In this document: in pieces, positions 36,119-45,940 of the stretch
Position numbering within the stretch: position 1 is the stretch's first letter
Layout of the letters: each line of letters starts with the position of its first letter
IMG/VR virus record: IMGVR_UViG_3300015615_001189
Span: 8,497-72,496 of that record
From: a virus
DNA: 64,000 bases
Direction: 5' to 3' (one strand)
Translations under genes and position numbers: made by a program
The notes under the pieces: model-generated
Seen by the model: only the letters and a program-made list of their open reading frames with translations
Told to the model about the DNA's origin: nothing
Database searches by the model: none

Positions 36119-38115
36119 TGTCTGTTCCGATTTCCCAACTCACCGCCGCCGGGGCCGTCAACCCGGGCGATCTCGTGCCCATCGTGCAGGACGGCGAAAC
36201 GAAGCAGGCGACAGCGGCGCTGTTCGTCGCCGGCAAGCAGGACGCCCACGCGGCGCTCACCGCGTTCACGGCGCTTTCGACCGTCGGGTTGGTCAAACGC
36301 ACGGGCACCAACACGTTTTCCATCGTGACCGTGACCAGCGCGGCGGAATCGCTGCTCGACGATGCCAACACCACGGAGATGCGCGCCACGCTCGGCCTGG
36401 GTGGCGCGGCAGTGCTCGACGTGGGCACCACGGCGGGGACGGTGTGTGCGGGGAATGACGCGCGCCTGACGGACGCACGGACACCCACCGGGCACACGGC
36501 CTCGCACAAACACGGCGGGAGCGATGAAATCGCCACGGCCACGCCCGCGGCGAATGCCATCCCGAAGGCCAACGGCAGCGGCAAGCTCGACGCGTGGATC
36601 ACGCTCGGGACCACGAGCGCCGCGGGCCTCGTGCAACTGGCCTCTGACGGCGGAACGACCTCGGGGACCGTGGTGCAGGCCACCGACTCGCGGCTGACCA
36701 ATGCGCGCACGCCGTCCACGCACGCCAGCACCCACGCTAGCGCGGGGAGCGACCCGATTACACCGGCGGCGATCGGCGCGGCAGCCGCCAGCCACTCTCA
36801 CGCACAGAGCGACATCACCAACTTGGTGAGCGACCTCGCGGGTAAGGCCGCAGCGTCGCACTCGCATAGCGGAAGCGCCATCACGAGCGGCACGGTAGCC
36901 TTTGCGTACCTGCCGACGGGCACCACGAGTTCGACCGTTGCGATTGGCGACCACACGCACAATGCGAGCGCCATCACGGCGGGCACCGTCGATTTTGCGC
37001 GGCTGCCCACAGGGACGAGTTCGAGCACCGTCGCGATTGGGGACCACACGCACGATGCGGCGGGGATCGTCAGTGGCACCATCGGCATTGACCGGATTCC
37101 TACCGGCACGAGCGGCACCACGGTTTCGCTGGGGAATCACACACACAATGCGAGCGCCATCACGGCGGGCACGATCGGGATTGCCTACCTGCCCGTGGGC
37201 GCGACCGCGGCGCACGTGGCCGCTGGCAACCACACGCACGCGTATAGCGACATCACGAGCAAACCGAGCACGTTCACGCCGTCCACGCACGCCAGCACCC
37301 ACGCCACCGGGCAATCCGACGAACTGGAACCCGCGGATATTGGCGCGGCAGAGGCGAGTCACACGCATTTGCTCGCCGACGTGAGCGATGCCGGCACGAT
37401 GGCGGCGCAGAACGCGTCCAACGTCAACATCACGGGCGGAATCATCGCCGGCGTGACGCTCAGTATCGCGGCTTACACGGCCCCGACCTACAATGGCGGC
37501 ACGGGCACCGCCGGGAACGATGCGGGCGCCAACCAGGGCGGTGATGCCGGAGCGCAGGGCGTGATACAGATCGACGCGGGCAATGGCGGTAACGCCGATG
37601 CTGCGGGCGGCGATGGCGGCGACGGCGGGGAGAGCGGTTCCATCGATTTGCGGGGCGCGAACGGCGCCGCGGCCACCGGCTTGAATCCGGGCGGGCATGG
37701 CGGCGATGGCGGCACGATCGATCTCAGCGGCGGCGAGGCGAGCGGGCAATACCAGGGAGGAGACGCGGGCAGCCTCGACATGAGCGGTGGCAACGCCAGC
37801 GGCGCGAATGGCGCGCCCGGCGGTAGCATCACGACGGCCAACGGTGGCGGCGACATCAATACGACGTCCACCGGCACCATTGGCCTCGGCAGCGCCGGCA
37901 CGCGCACGACGATTTTCGGGAATGCGGCGAGCGATATCGATCTGCACCTCTGCGCGGCGGGCGGCACAAACGTTACCGACACCTCGGGATCGGGCGCACC
38001 CGCGAGCAATTCTGCCGCTGGCGTGGCCGGTGAGTTTCGCCGGGTATCCGGTTTTGCCTACTACTGCACGGCCACCAACACATGGGTGCGCTGGGCGGTG
38101 ACCACGAGCTTCTAA
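36118..38115 (+). CDS. Tail fibre with HxH repeats and Gly-rich C-terminus
   Basis: N-terminal ISQL..A..DLVPIVQ; repeated G[DN]HTH units. Confidence 0.85.
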   Translation: MSVPISQLTAAGAVNPGDLVPIVQDGETKQATAALFVAGKQDAHAALTAFTALSTVGLVKRTGTNTFSIVTVTSAAESLLDDANTTEMRATLGLGGAAVLDVGTTAGTVCAGNDARLTDARTPTGHTASHKHGGSDEIATATPAANAIPKANGSGKLDAWITLGTTSAAGLVQLASDGGTTSGTVVQATDSRLTNARTPSTHASTHASAGSDPITPAAIGAAAASHSHAQSDITNLVSDLAGKAAASHSHSGSAITSGTVAFAYLPTGTTSSTVAIGDHTHNASAITAGTVDFARLPTGTSSSTVAIGDHTHDAAGIVSGTIGIDRIPTGTSGTTVSLGNHTHNASAITAGTIGIAYLPVGATAAHVAAGNHTHAYSDITSKPSTFTPSTHASTHATGQSDELEPADIGAAEASHTHLLADVSDAGTMAAQNASNVNITGGIIAGVTLSIAAYTAPTYNGGTGTAGNDAGANQGGDAGAQGVIQIDAGNGGNADAAGGDGGDGGESGSIDLRGANGAAATGLNPGGHGGDGGTIDLSGGEASGQYQGGDAGSLDMSGGNASGANGAPGGSITTANGGGDINTTSTGTIGLGSAGTRTTIFGNAASDIDLHLCAAGGTNVTDTSGSGAPASNSAAGVAGEFRRVSGFAYYCTATNTWVRWAVTTSF

Positions 38116-38116
38116 G

Positions 38117-39700
38117 ATGGGCATTCAAATCCACCAACTACCCGAGCACGACGACCCGCAAAGCGGAGACTTGATCCTTGGCCGGCGCACCAGTGATGGG
38201 CGCGCGGTCAAGTTCACGATCAGCACACTCGGCCTGCCGACGACTACCGTAGCGCGCGCGCTGGCGAACCTCGCAAACCCGGGCGCGGTCACGTTCCTGC
38301 GCATCAACGCCGACAACAGCGTTTCCACGCTCAGCGCCGCGGATTTTCGCACCGCGATTGGCGCGGGGACCGGCACGGGCACGGTGACTGCCGTAACAAT
38401 CGCCTCGGCGAATGGCGTGAGTGGATCGAGCAGCGGAGGCGCGACGCCGGCACTGACTCTCACGCTTGGCGCCATTACCCCCACGAGCGTCAATGGCGTC
38501 ACGATCAGCGGTTCATCGTCACCCACGCTGGCGGTGACTGGCACTACCACTGTGAGCGGCGCGAACACGGGCGATCAAACGACCATCACCGGCAACGCCG
38601 GCACGGCGACGACCCTGCAAACGGCCCGCAACATCAACGGCGTGAGTTTCAACGGATCAGCGGACATCACTGTGACCGCAGCGGCCGGCACGCTCACGGG
38701 AACGACGCTGGCCAGCGGGGTGACGGGTTCTTCGTTGACCAGCGTGGGGACGCTCACGGGCGGCGCGACAGGCGCGGGCTTCACGATTGCACTCTCGACA
38801 TCGACCGTGACGGGCACGCTGAACATCGCACGCATCGCCGATGGTTCGGTGACGCTGGCAAAACTCGCGAACATGGCGACGGCAAGCTTCCTCGGGCGCA
38901 ATACCTCGGGTTCGGGCGTGCCCGAGGTGCTGAGTGTGGCGACCGTTCAATCGATGCTTTCGATTCCTTCGTCCGAAGACTTCGTGGCGGCGGAAGTGAC
39001 CGGCGTCTCGGTGGGAACCATCACCAACGATGGCAACACGATTGTCCTGGAGCAGCAGCACAGCAGCACCTCGGAGAAGGGGTTGCTCACGGTGTCCATT
39101 ACCGGGATCAACCTGACGGCCCTCGATTCCGAGGGTGGAACGAACACCGATGGCGTGGCCATTCACGGTATCGTTGTCGATCCGACGGGTGGCAGCACGG
39201 GACACGTGCTCACGCAGGGGGCGGATGGCGCTTACCGCCCCGAGGCGCCGACGGGTGGAGGCACTTTCTCTGCCCCGATCTCCGTCACGATCGACAATGC
39301 GGGAGATGCGGCAATCGCCAACTTCAAGAACGCCGCGGAGGGCGGCGGCATCGCGCTGAACTTTCGGGACCACGCGAATACGCTCGCAACCAATTTCGGC
39401 TACATCGGTTCGACCGAAGCCGGCGGCTATTCGGCCACACCCTTTTTCTGGATCGGCGGCAATCCAGGCACCATTCCTGTGGTGCTGGGCGGCGGCGGGA
39501 TCATGGGCTCGGCCCCGGTGCTGATTGGCTCGGTAGTGGATGATTTGAGCGGGGCGTTGCTGCAAGTGAACGGGCTGATCAAAGCGGGCTCGTACGAGAT
39601 GGTGGACGATTCTTCCACGCCAGCGACCCCGGGGAGCCAGCAGGGGTGGGCGAGGATCAAGGTAGGCGGTTCGGACGCGTGGGTGCCGTATTACATGTAA
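38117..39700 (+). CDS. Second tail fibre
   Basis: IHQLP N-terminus; GNAGTATTLQTARNINGVSFNGSADIT and DGSVTLAKL fibre repeats. Confidence 0.85.
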   Translation: MGIQIHQLPEHDDPQSGDLILGRRTSDGRAVKFTISTLGLPTTTVARALANLANPGAVTFLRINADNSVSTLSAADFRTAIGAGTGTGTVTAVTIASANGVSGSSSGGATPALTLTLGAITPTSVNGVTISGSSSPTLAVTGTTTVSGANTGDQTTITGNAGTATTLQTARNINGVSFNGSADITVTAAAGTLTGTTLASGVTGSSLTSVGTLTGGATGAGFTIALSTSTVTGTLNIARIADGSVTLAKLANMATASFLGRNTSGSGVPEVLSVATVQSMLSIPSSEDFVAAEVTGVSVGTITNDGNTIVLEQQHSSTSEKGLLTVSITGINLTALDSEGGTNTDGVAIHGIVVDPTGGSTGHVLTQGADGAYRPEAPTGGGTFSAPISVTIDNAGDAAIANFKNAAEGGGIALNFRDHANTLATNFGYIGSTEAGGYSATPFFWIGGNPGTIPVVLGGGGIMGSAPVLIGSVVDDLSGALLQVNGLIKAGSYEMVDDSSTPATPGSQQGWARIKVGGSDAWVPYYM

Positions 39701-39712
39701 CCATCGACGAAC

Positions 39713-39970
39713 ATGCCCCGCTTCCACTTCGATCCCAAATTCAACGCCAACCTGATCGTGACGCTGCTCATGGGCGTGCTCACCGTGGCGACGGCGTGGG
39801 CCGTGCGCGACCATGACCTGAAGCGGATCGTCACCAACGACGAAGCGCAGGGCAAGCATATCGTCCAACTCCAGATCAACGAGGCGAGGGCACAGGAACA
39901 GCGCGACAGCCTGAAGGCGCAACTCGATCGCATCGAGAAGAAGCTCGATGCACTCATTGACCGAAAATGA
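39713..39970 (+). CDS. Holin-like single-TM coiled-coil protein
   Basis: TM LIVTLLMGVLTVATAW plus LDRIEKKLD; start of lysis cassette. Confidence 0.55.
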   Translation: MPRFHFDPKFNANLIVTLLMGVLTVATAWAVRDHDLKRIVTNDEAQGKHIVQLQINEARAQEQRDSLKAQLDRIEKKLDALIDRK

Positions 39971-40599
39971 AGCCGAAACCGCTCATCATCGCCATTCACG
40001 GGATCCTGACCGGGCAGACGACCACGAGTTGGCCGCAGCGCTTCGAGCAGTTCGTGGAAGATCAGGCGGCACTGCCGGTCATCACGAAAACGTATCTCGG
40101 CGGGCCGTTCCCCATGCTCAACGTGTGGCTGCTCAACCGGATTCTGGCACGCGAGGTATTGGCGGCGCTGAATCCGTGGCTCGAGCTGCCCCGCCCGCCG
40201 CGGCTGTGCTTTGTGGCGCACTCGAATGGGTGCGACGTGGCGCTGAAGACCATTCGCGCGCTGGCGAAGCGGGGCATTCCTACACACTCCTTCGTGGCCA
40301 CCGGTGCGGCGATCGAGGCGGATGTGGAAAAGAACGGCATCGCGGATTTGCTCGGCTCCGGGATGCTGTCGCGGGCCGTGGCGTATTGCTCGAAACGAGA
40401 TCGCGCGGTGGCCTCGCGCTTCATCTGGCCCTACGGGCACCTCGGACGCACGGGCTGGCTGATCGATGGTGCGCCGGCCAACGGGCACGATCCGCGGCTG
40501 ATCACCCGGTTTTTCGATGGGTTCGGACACTCGACGTATTTCGACGAGAAGCACCGGACGAACACTTTTCACGCTCTCCTCACCGACGCCACGACATGA
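39967..40599 (+). CDS. Alpha/beta hydrolase (esterase/lipase-like)
   Basis: IHGI oxyanion motif, AHSNG nucleophile elbow, GHSTYF. Confidence 0.8.
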   Translation: MKPKPLIIAIHGILTGQTTTSWPQRFEQFVEDQAALPVITKTYLGGPFPMLNVWLLNRILAREVLAALNPWLELPRPPRLCFVAHSNGCDVALKTIRALAKRGIPTHSFVATGAAIEADVEKNGIADLLGSGMLSRAVAYCSKRDRAVASRFIWPYGHLGRTGWLIDGAPANGHDPRLITRFFDGFGHSTYFDEKHRTNTFHALLTDATT

Positions 40600-41105
40600 A
40601 CAACCCGCGCGAAATCCTCGTCACTGTCGCCCGCCGCTTTGTCGGCATCCGCGAGACTTCCAAGAACCGGTTCCCCGGCGACACGAAAGTGTGGGCAAGC
40701 ACCAACTACCCGAACGGCTGGCAGAACCGCGAGCCATGGTGCGCGGCGCTCATGTGCCATGTCGTGCAGATCGCCGACATGGAATCGCTGTTGCTCGACT
40801 TTCCGAGCCGCCCGCGCTCGGCTTCCGTGGCCGAGTGGCGACGGTGGGCGCGGGACAAAAAGAACGGCGTGAAGATTCTCAAGCCGGGGGATGTCATCTT
40901 GCCCGGCGACATCGTGTCGTTCCTGCCGCACATCTCGCACATCGGCCTCGTGGCGAAGGCCGGAAAGACCAGCATCGTGACCATCGAGGGCAACACCAAC
41001 GATGCCGGATCGCGCGAAGGTGATGGCTGCTACGAGAAGACGCGCTCGCTCTCCATCTGCGGCGAGTTCTACCGCCTGCCGTGCGACGCCCTGAAAGTTT
41101 CCTGA
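40596..41105 (+). CDS. CHAP-domain endolysin
   Basis: PWCAA ... GDIV ... SHIGLV ... TIEGNT. Confidence 0.85.
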   Translation: MNNPREILVTVARRFVGIRETSKNRFPGDTKVWASTNYPNGWQNREPWCAALMCHVVQIADMESLLLDFPSRPRSASVAEWRRWARDKKNGVKILKPGDVILPGDIVSFLPHISHIGLVAKAGKTSIVTIEGNTNDAGSREGDGCYEKTRSLSICGEFYRLPCDALKVS

Positions 41106-41150
41106 CCCAGCACACCAAAACCAACAACCACATCCAAAATCCACATCACC

Positions 41151-41957
41151 ATGAGCACCACGAAACAAGACACCAACGCGCGCCGACTGCGCCGCGAGCA
41201 ACACGTCCCGGCGGGAGATTATCTCACCGCCGTATTCAGCCGCGCCCTGCTCGATCCGCAGGACGACATTGCCCTGTTCGTCGATGAAGACGGCAACATC
41301 CTTGCTCCGCGCGAAGCGGCGCGCACGATCGGCATCGAAGACTCCACCTCGAGCAACACCGCCGGCGGCGCGCTGACGCTGCAAGGCGGCGGCGGCTCCG
41401 GCACCGGCGCCGGTGGCGTGGCGGAGATCAAAGGCGGCAAATCCGGCACCGGCGCGACCGGCAATGGTGCGGCGGCGAAGGTGACGGGCGGTGCCGCGCA
41501 GTCCACCAACGGCAATGGCGGCTCGGTGATCCTCACGGGCGGCGCGAAAGCGGGCAGTGGCATCGCTGGTGTGATCATCGAACGCAGCGTGAAGCTGCTC
41601 AAGCAGGGTGCGCAAACGGCGAAGACCGACGGTGCCACGCTGACCGCGGCGGAACTGCTCACCGGGATCATCACCATCAACGCGGCCGACAATGGCGCGG
41701 ACAACCTTCAGTTGCCCGAATGCGCGGACCTCGACGCGGCGCTGCCCGATGCGGCGGCAGATGATGCGTTCGACTTCTCCATCATCAACCTCAACACCAA
41801 CGGCGCGGCGGACGCGACGGTGACGACGAACACCGGTTGGACGCTCACCGGTGAAGTGACGGTGGAATCGAACGATGCCGACCGCGCGGCGAGCTCGGGC
41901 CGGTTCCGCGCACGGAAGACCGGGACGGCGGCGTGGACGCTTTATCGCCTCGGCTAA
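41151..41957 (+). CDS. Gly-rich minor virion/decoration-like protein
   Basis: GG-rich repeats; ATLTAAELLTGII...LP...FDFSIIN. Confidence 0.6.
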   Translation: MSTTKQDTNARRLRREQHVPAGDYLTAVFSRALLDPQDDIALFVDEDGNILAPREAARTIGIEDSTSSNTAGGALTLQGGGGSGTGAGGVAEIKGGKSGTGATGNGAAAKVTGGAAQSTNGNGGSVILTGGAKAGSGIAGVIIERSVKLLKQGAQTAKTDGATLTAAELLTGIITINAADNGADNLQLPECADLDAALPDAAADDAFDFSIINLNTNGAADATVTTNTGWTLTGEVTVESNDADRAASSGRFRARKTGTAAWTLYRLG

Positions 41958-41994
41958 GCCGCGGAATAATTTCCGAATAAAATAGGGCCGATAA

Positions 41995-42429
41995 TTAATC
42001 TTCGCCCGGCACCTGACACACCCTGGCCGATCCCAAACGCGCGGGAGCGGTGGTGGAAAATGTCAGGCTGCCGGGCGAGCTATTTTCAGGCTGCCACCCG
42101 CTGCGCTCGTAGGCGCACATGCGCGGGAACTTGATCGGCGCGAGGCCCGCCTTGCTCCACACGTCCGCGCGGTTGTGCCAGTCCATCACGTGCGCAATGC
42201 CGTGATAGGCGAGTTCACGCGTGGACGGCTGCATCCGCTCGACCACGCAGCGGAACGCAGTGAGGCAGCCTTCCTCGTCGCGACTGTCGCAGTAGGCATA
42301 GAGGTGGATGATGTGGATGGCCGACGCGAGCGCTTTCGCGTCCTGCCCGGTGAGCGGGGCGAGACACGTTTTGCCGAGATTGTTGCGCAGCCAAGGGAGG
42401 AGGGTTTCACACACAGGTTTGGTTTTCAT
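41995..42429 (-). CDS. Hypothetical protein
   Basis: ATG 42429 just downstream of an ECF-like promoter copy. Confidence 0.65.
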   Translation of the reverse strand: MKTKPVCETLLPWLRNNLGKTCLAPLTGQDAKALASAIHIIHLYAYCDSRDEEGCLTAFRCVVERMQPSTRELAYHGIAHVMDWHNRADVWSKAGLAPIKFPRMCAYERSGWQPENSSPGSLTFSTTAPARLGSARVCQVPGED

Positions 42430-42436
42430 GCGCCCT

Positions 42437-42516
42437 CTAAGACGAACGGCACCGCTTACCGTCAGCGGAAAAATGTTTAAAAATCCGCTGACGGTATCAA
42501 AGCCCGAAAGTATTAG
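42437..42516. promoter_or_regulatory. Back-to-back divergent ECF-like promoters
   Basis: Minus TCCGCTGACG-N15-CGTCTTAG (42469..42437); plus TCCGCTGACG-N15-AGTATTAG (42484-42516); together form an inverted repeat around an A/T tract. Confidence 0.7.
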
Positions 42517-42521
42517 ACGGT

Positions 42522-42950
42522 GTGAATGCGCGTAATCACTCCACCGACACAGCCCTGACGGCTCCGCAGCAGGCGGCACCTGTAAAGAAGTGGCAGATCA
42601 TTAAGCAGCGAGCCAATGGCCCGTTCTGCCCGAACCTCATCGCCATCGTTCCCGCTGACAACGAGCACGGGGATGCCATCGCGCATATCCCGCTCATGGA
42701 CGGTCAGAACTTTACGGCCATCGACGACCTTCGGGCGGGAACCGTGCTTCAAGCCCTCAACACCCATGCCGGGCTGGTCGCCGAGGTGGCGCGGCTGCGG
42801 GAGGCGCTGGAAGAAATGGTCAACCACTACGAAGCTACCTTCAATGTGGGGAAGGTAGGAAAGCTGCGGGCCGTCACGGCGCAACAGCCCGTTGTAATCC
42901 AAGCCCGTGCCGCCCTCGCGGCGGGTGGCGACGGAAAGGAGGGCAAGTGA
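42522..42950 (+). CDS. Hypothetical phage protein
   Basis: LREALEEM...QARAALA motif typical of small phage proteins. Confidence 0.65.
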   Translation: MNARNHSTDTALTAPQQAAPVKKWQIIKQRANGPFCPNLIAIVPADNEHGDAIAHIPLMDGQNFTAIDDLRAGTVLQALNTHAGLVAEVARLREALEEMVNHYEATFNVGKVGKLRAVTAQQPVVIQARAALAAGGDGKEGK

Positions 42951-43147
42951 TTACACTCTCCTACATGACTCGACGCGGAGCGGGGATGCTCAAGCGCATT
43001 CCTGAATCCGAATTAGAATCCTCTATTCGATCCTTGTTCAAACAACGGATCACTGCTGAGGCTTGGCATGGAAACGATCGGGAGGCTATCGCCGGTCAGG
43101 TCTTCAAGCGCGATGGTCGGTGGCTGTGGTGGTGTGAGAAAGTTTAA
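42947..43147 (+). CDS. Small hypothetical protein
   Basis: GTGA coupling and AGGAGG SD. Confidence 0.6.
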   Translation: MITLSYMTRRGAGMLKRIPESELESSIRSLFKQRITAEAWHGNDREAIAGQVFKRDGRWLWWCEKV

Positions 43148-43545
43148 TCTCCACTTAACCTCGCGGCGTACTCGGCAGCGGTCAGTTCCCCGTGGCCGAA
43201 TTGTTCGAGCCCTTCAATCGCATCGGTGTAGTGATCGTCCCAATCGGGATGCGTCCAGGCGGCACGGATCAGAAAGACCGCGCCGATCAGGGCGAAGGGA
43301 GCAAACCATAGCGAGATGTCCGCGAGTAGGAGCACGAAAAATCCGCTCGCGGCCATGGCGATGGCGGTGCCTCCAACCTGACCGATGCTGCGCAACAGGC
43401 GCGCGAAGCGGTAGCGACGGGCTTGTTTCAGCGCGGCAGCGCGAGCCTCGGCGGTGTTGGCTTGATGTGGGCAGAACGCACACTGCGGTGTGAAGTTTTC
43501 CGGGCTGCACTCGTGATCGGGTTCGTCGTCGGGGGTGGGTGACAT
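43144..43545 (-). CDS. Two-TM membrane protein
   Basis: Two hydrophobic segments; N-terminal Cys/His cluster. Confidence 0.6.
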   Translation of the reverse strand: MSPTPDDEPDHECSPENFTPQCAFCPHQANTAEARAAALKQARRYRFARLLRSIGQVGGTAIAMAASGFFVLLLADISLWFAPFALIGAVFLIRAAWTHPDWDDHYTDAIEGLEQFGHGELTAAEYAARLSGD

Positions 43546-43557
43546 AAATTCGTGGGA

Positions 43558-44484
43558 TCAGCAGTAAACCTCCCCAAACCGCTGGAACTCCTCGCGGATT
43601 TCCTCCGGGAGCCGGGCCAAAAGTTCATCGTTTCGGAGGATTGCGCCAATGGGGACGATCGCGGCCTGAATCTCTGCTTTGAGTCTCTTCAACTCCTCCT
43701 TGCCGTCGCGCAGTTCCGTCTCGCGTAGATCGACGCTGTTGAGCAGGCGCCGCTTCTCCGCGCTGGTGATGCCGCGCCGCTTGGTGGACTTGCGCCGCCC
43801 CTGTTTGCGGGCCGTGGCGAGGCGCTGGGCGATGAGCTCGGGCTGGCGGTAGTAACGCGGAAAAAGATCGGGCGGATATTTGGCGCGCAGTTCGCGGTGC
43901 ATGGCGAACGCGTCGCCGGTGAGCAGTTGTTTGCCGTGCTTCTTCCAGACGTCGCGCTGGCCCTCCTCCGTCATACCGTCGAAGACGCGCGCGGCGTTCA
44001 TCGTCAGGGCGTTGGCATCCATCGCCGCCACCACGGCCGGGATGTAGTGTTTCACGGACAACCAGTTAGTCACGGAGTCCGGCGCGATGCCGAGATACGC
44101 GGCCACGGCGGCGTTGGTCATCCCGAAGCGTTCTTTGAGCGTGTGCACGATCTCCCCTTTTTGCGAGGGCACGAGGTCCTGCCGGTGGAATGTGAGCACG
44201 AAGCGGAGGCGCCGCGCGTGAGTTTCCGGATCCACACCATCCGGCGCGGGTTCCAATACGGCGGGCACCGTGGCGTGACCCAGGGCGCGGGCGATGAGCA
44301 AGCGGCGCCGGCCTTTCGCGAGCAACAGGGAATCGCCATACGGAACGAGCACGAGGGGCTGTTGAATGCCGCCCTGCTCGATGGATTTGCGCAGCAGATC
44401 ATCGCGCACCTTGCTATCCGTGCGCTCGACAAACTCAGGGATCGTGATGCGATCGATGCGGACGGGCAGAACTTGTTTACTCAT
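43558..44484 (-). CDS. ParB/RepB-like protein
   Basis: LRKSIEQGGIQQPLVL...GRRRL; HTH region. Confidence 0.8.
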   Translation of the reverse strand: MSKQVLPVRIDRITIPEFVERTDSKVRDDLLRKSIEQGGIQQPLVLVPYGDSLLLAKGRRRLLIARALGHATVPAVLEPAPDGVDPETHARRLRFVLTFHRQDLVPSQKGEIVHTLKERFGMTNAAVAAYLGIAPDSVTNWLSVKHYIPAVVAAMDANALTMNAARVFDGMTEEGQRDVWKKHGKQLLTGDAFAMHRELRAKYPPDLFPRYYRQPELIAQRLATARKQGRRKSTKRRGITSAEKRRLLNSVDLRETELRDGKEELKRLKAEIQAAIVPIGAILRNDELLARLPEEIREEFQRFGEVYC

Positions 44485-45332
44485 TCCTTGGAGATGGCTT
44501 CGAATTTGGCGGTGTTGATGCCGTCGGCTTTGAGTGCCTTGGCGGTCTTTGGGTCGGCAAGGAGAAGGGACAGGTTTTGCGGGCCGAGAGAGTGGTGCAG
44601 GCGGGTGAGCTTGATCGATTGCCGGAGGGCGGTGAGTTCGTCTTCCACGCCCTGCAGTTTCCTCTTGAGGTCGCGCTCGTTGAGTTCACCGCCGGTTTCG
44701 CCCGCGGCTTCCTTCGCCTTGCGCACCAGTGCCTTCACCTGGCGCGGGTCGGTCTCCTTGAGCACACCGAGCACGATGGACTGATGTCCCGCCGGCAGGC
44801 TGGTGAAGGCCTCGGCGTCGGCGACGGACATCTTTGCCACGTCGTCCTCGAGTCCTTGTGCCGTCTTGTTCACGATCGCCAGCAAGCGGTCCGCGTAGGT
44901 CTCGCTGATGTGCATCTGTTTCGCCGCCTGCTTCACCGATGCGCCGCTCTCAAGTTCAAGCTTCAGCAATTTACCGAGTTCGAAGGCGGGCAGGGGATCG
45001 CGAATCAAGTTTTCCGCCATGAACATGCCCACCACTTTCAACTCGGGCTCGTCCTCGACGGTCGCGCGGAACTTGGTGCCGAGGCTGCGGGCTGCAAGCA
45101 GCCGGCCCTGCCCGGTGACGAGCTCGTAATCGTAGAGCCCTCCATCCTCGCGCCGGCGCTGGCGCGCAGACAGGTGCCGGATATCGCGCACTTGCCCGGG
45201 CTGAACTTGCCCGCGCTCCTTGATGCTCGTTTTTACCTCGCGAAAGGCTTCCTCGTCGCGCTCGCGCGAGATGAAGACCCGCACTTTATCAGGGTCGATT
45301 TCGAGGATCGGCTTGGGTTGCTTGGTGGTCAT
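44481..45332 (-). CDS. ParB/RepB-like protein (second of tandem pair)
   Basis: SIKERGQVQP...YELVTGQGRL...AENLIR. Confidence 0.8.
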   Translation of the reverse strand: MTTKQPKPILEIDPDKVRVFISRERDEEAFREVKTSIKERGQVQPGQVRDIRHLSARQRRREDGGLYDYELVTGQGRLLAARSLGTKFRATVEDEPELKVVGMFMAENLIRDPLPAFELGKLLKLELESGASVKQAAKQMHISETYADRLLAIVNKTAQGLEDDVAKMSVADAEAFTSLPAGHQSIVLGVLKETDPRQVKALVRKAKEAAGETGGELNERDLKRKLQGVEDELTALRQSIKLTRLHHSLGPQNLSLLLADPKTAKALKADGINTAKFEAISKE

Positions 45333-45934
45333 GAGTGGGTGGTATCGCGTCGCGGGCGGCGGGTGAGCGCGAGCAGGCCGAGTCCGAGCATGGCCGCGGT
45401 GGACGGTTCCGGCACGGTGACTTGCAGCAGATCAAGGCGCCCGAAGTTGCCCTCGCCCGGCGCGCTGTAGGCCACGGCAAACGCGATGTCGGTCTGCGGC
45501 CGGTTGATGACCATCGTCTCGAAGGCCTCATTCGCGAGCGCGGCGGTGACGTAGCTGCCGATCAGCGTACCGGAAGAGTCGAAGGCGTCGAGGCGACCGA
45601 TTTCGGAGGAGCCGCCGCTGGCGAAGATCAAGGATATTGCTTCGACGGGAACGGTGAAGTCGATGCGCAGGCGGGTGTTGTTGTTCCAAAAGGGAATTCC
45701 GTTGCGCCCGAAGACGTTTGTACCGGTCGGAGGTTCGTAGATCCCCTCGGACTCCGCCGTGACCTTGTTGACGCCACCGAGCGGCAGGTTGTTGGTTCCT
45801 GCCACTTGCAAAGAAAACTCGGGCACGATCAATGTGAGTTCCACGCCATCCGCGAAGCCGTCCGGCTCCAGGGTGACGACGTATGGGGCGGCATGGGCCG
45901 CAGCAGCGAGGGCGAGGAAAAGCAGCGTCTTCAT
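45329..45934 (-). CDS. PEP-CTERM surface protein
   Basis: Signal peptide MKTLLFLALAAAAHA; C-terminal VPEPSTAAMLGLGLLALTRRPRR. Confidence 0.9.
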   Translation of the reverse strand: MKTLLFLALAAAAHAAPYVVTLEPDGFADGVELTLIVPEFSLQVAGTNNLPLGGVNKVTAESEGIYEPPTGTNVFGRNGIPFWNNNTRLRIDFTVPVEAISLIFASGGSSEIGRLDAFDSSGTLIGSYVTAALANEAFETMVINRPQTDIAFAVAYSAPGEGNFGRLDLLQVTVPEPSTAAMLGLGLLALTRRPRRDTTHS

Positions 45935-45940
45935 GCGGTC

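Noticed and set aside
36118..39700. Diversity-generating retroelement acting on tail fibres
   Set aside because: No reverse transcriptase and no adenine-variable TR/VR pair seen
43983..44007. Eighth ECF-like promoter (CTGACG...CGTCT, minus strand)
   Set aside because: Spacer is 14 nt rather than 15 and it lies inside a ParB gene
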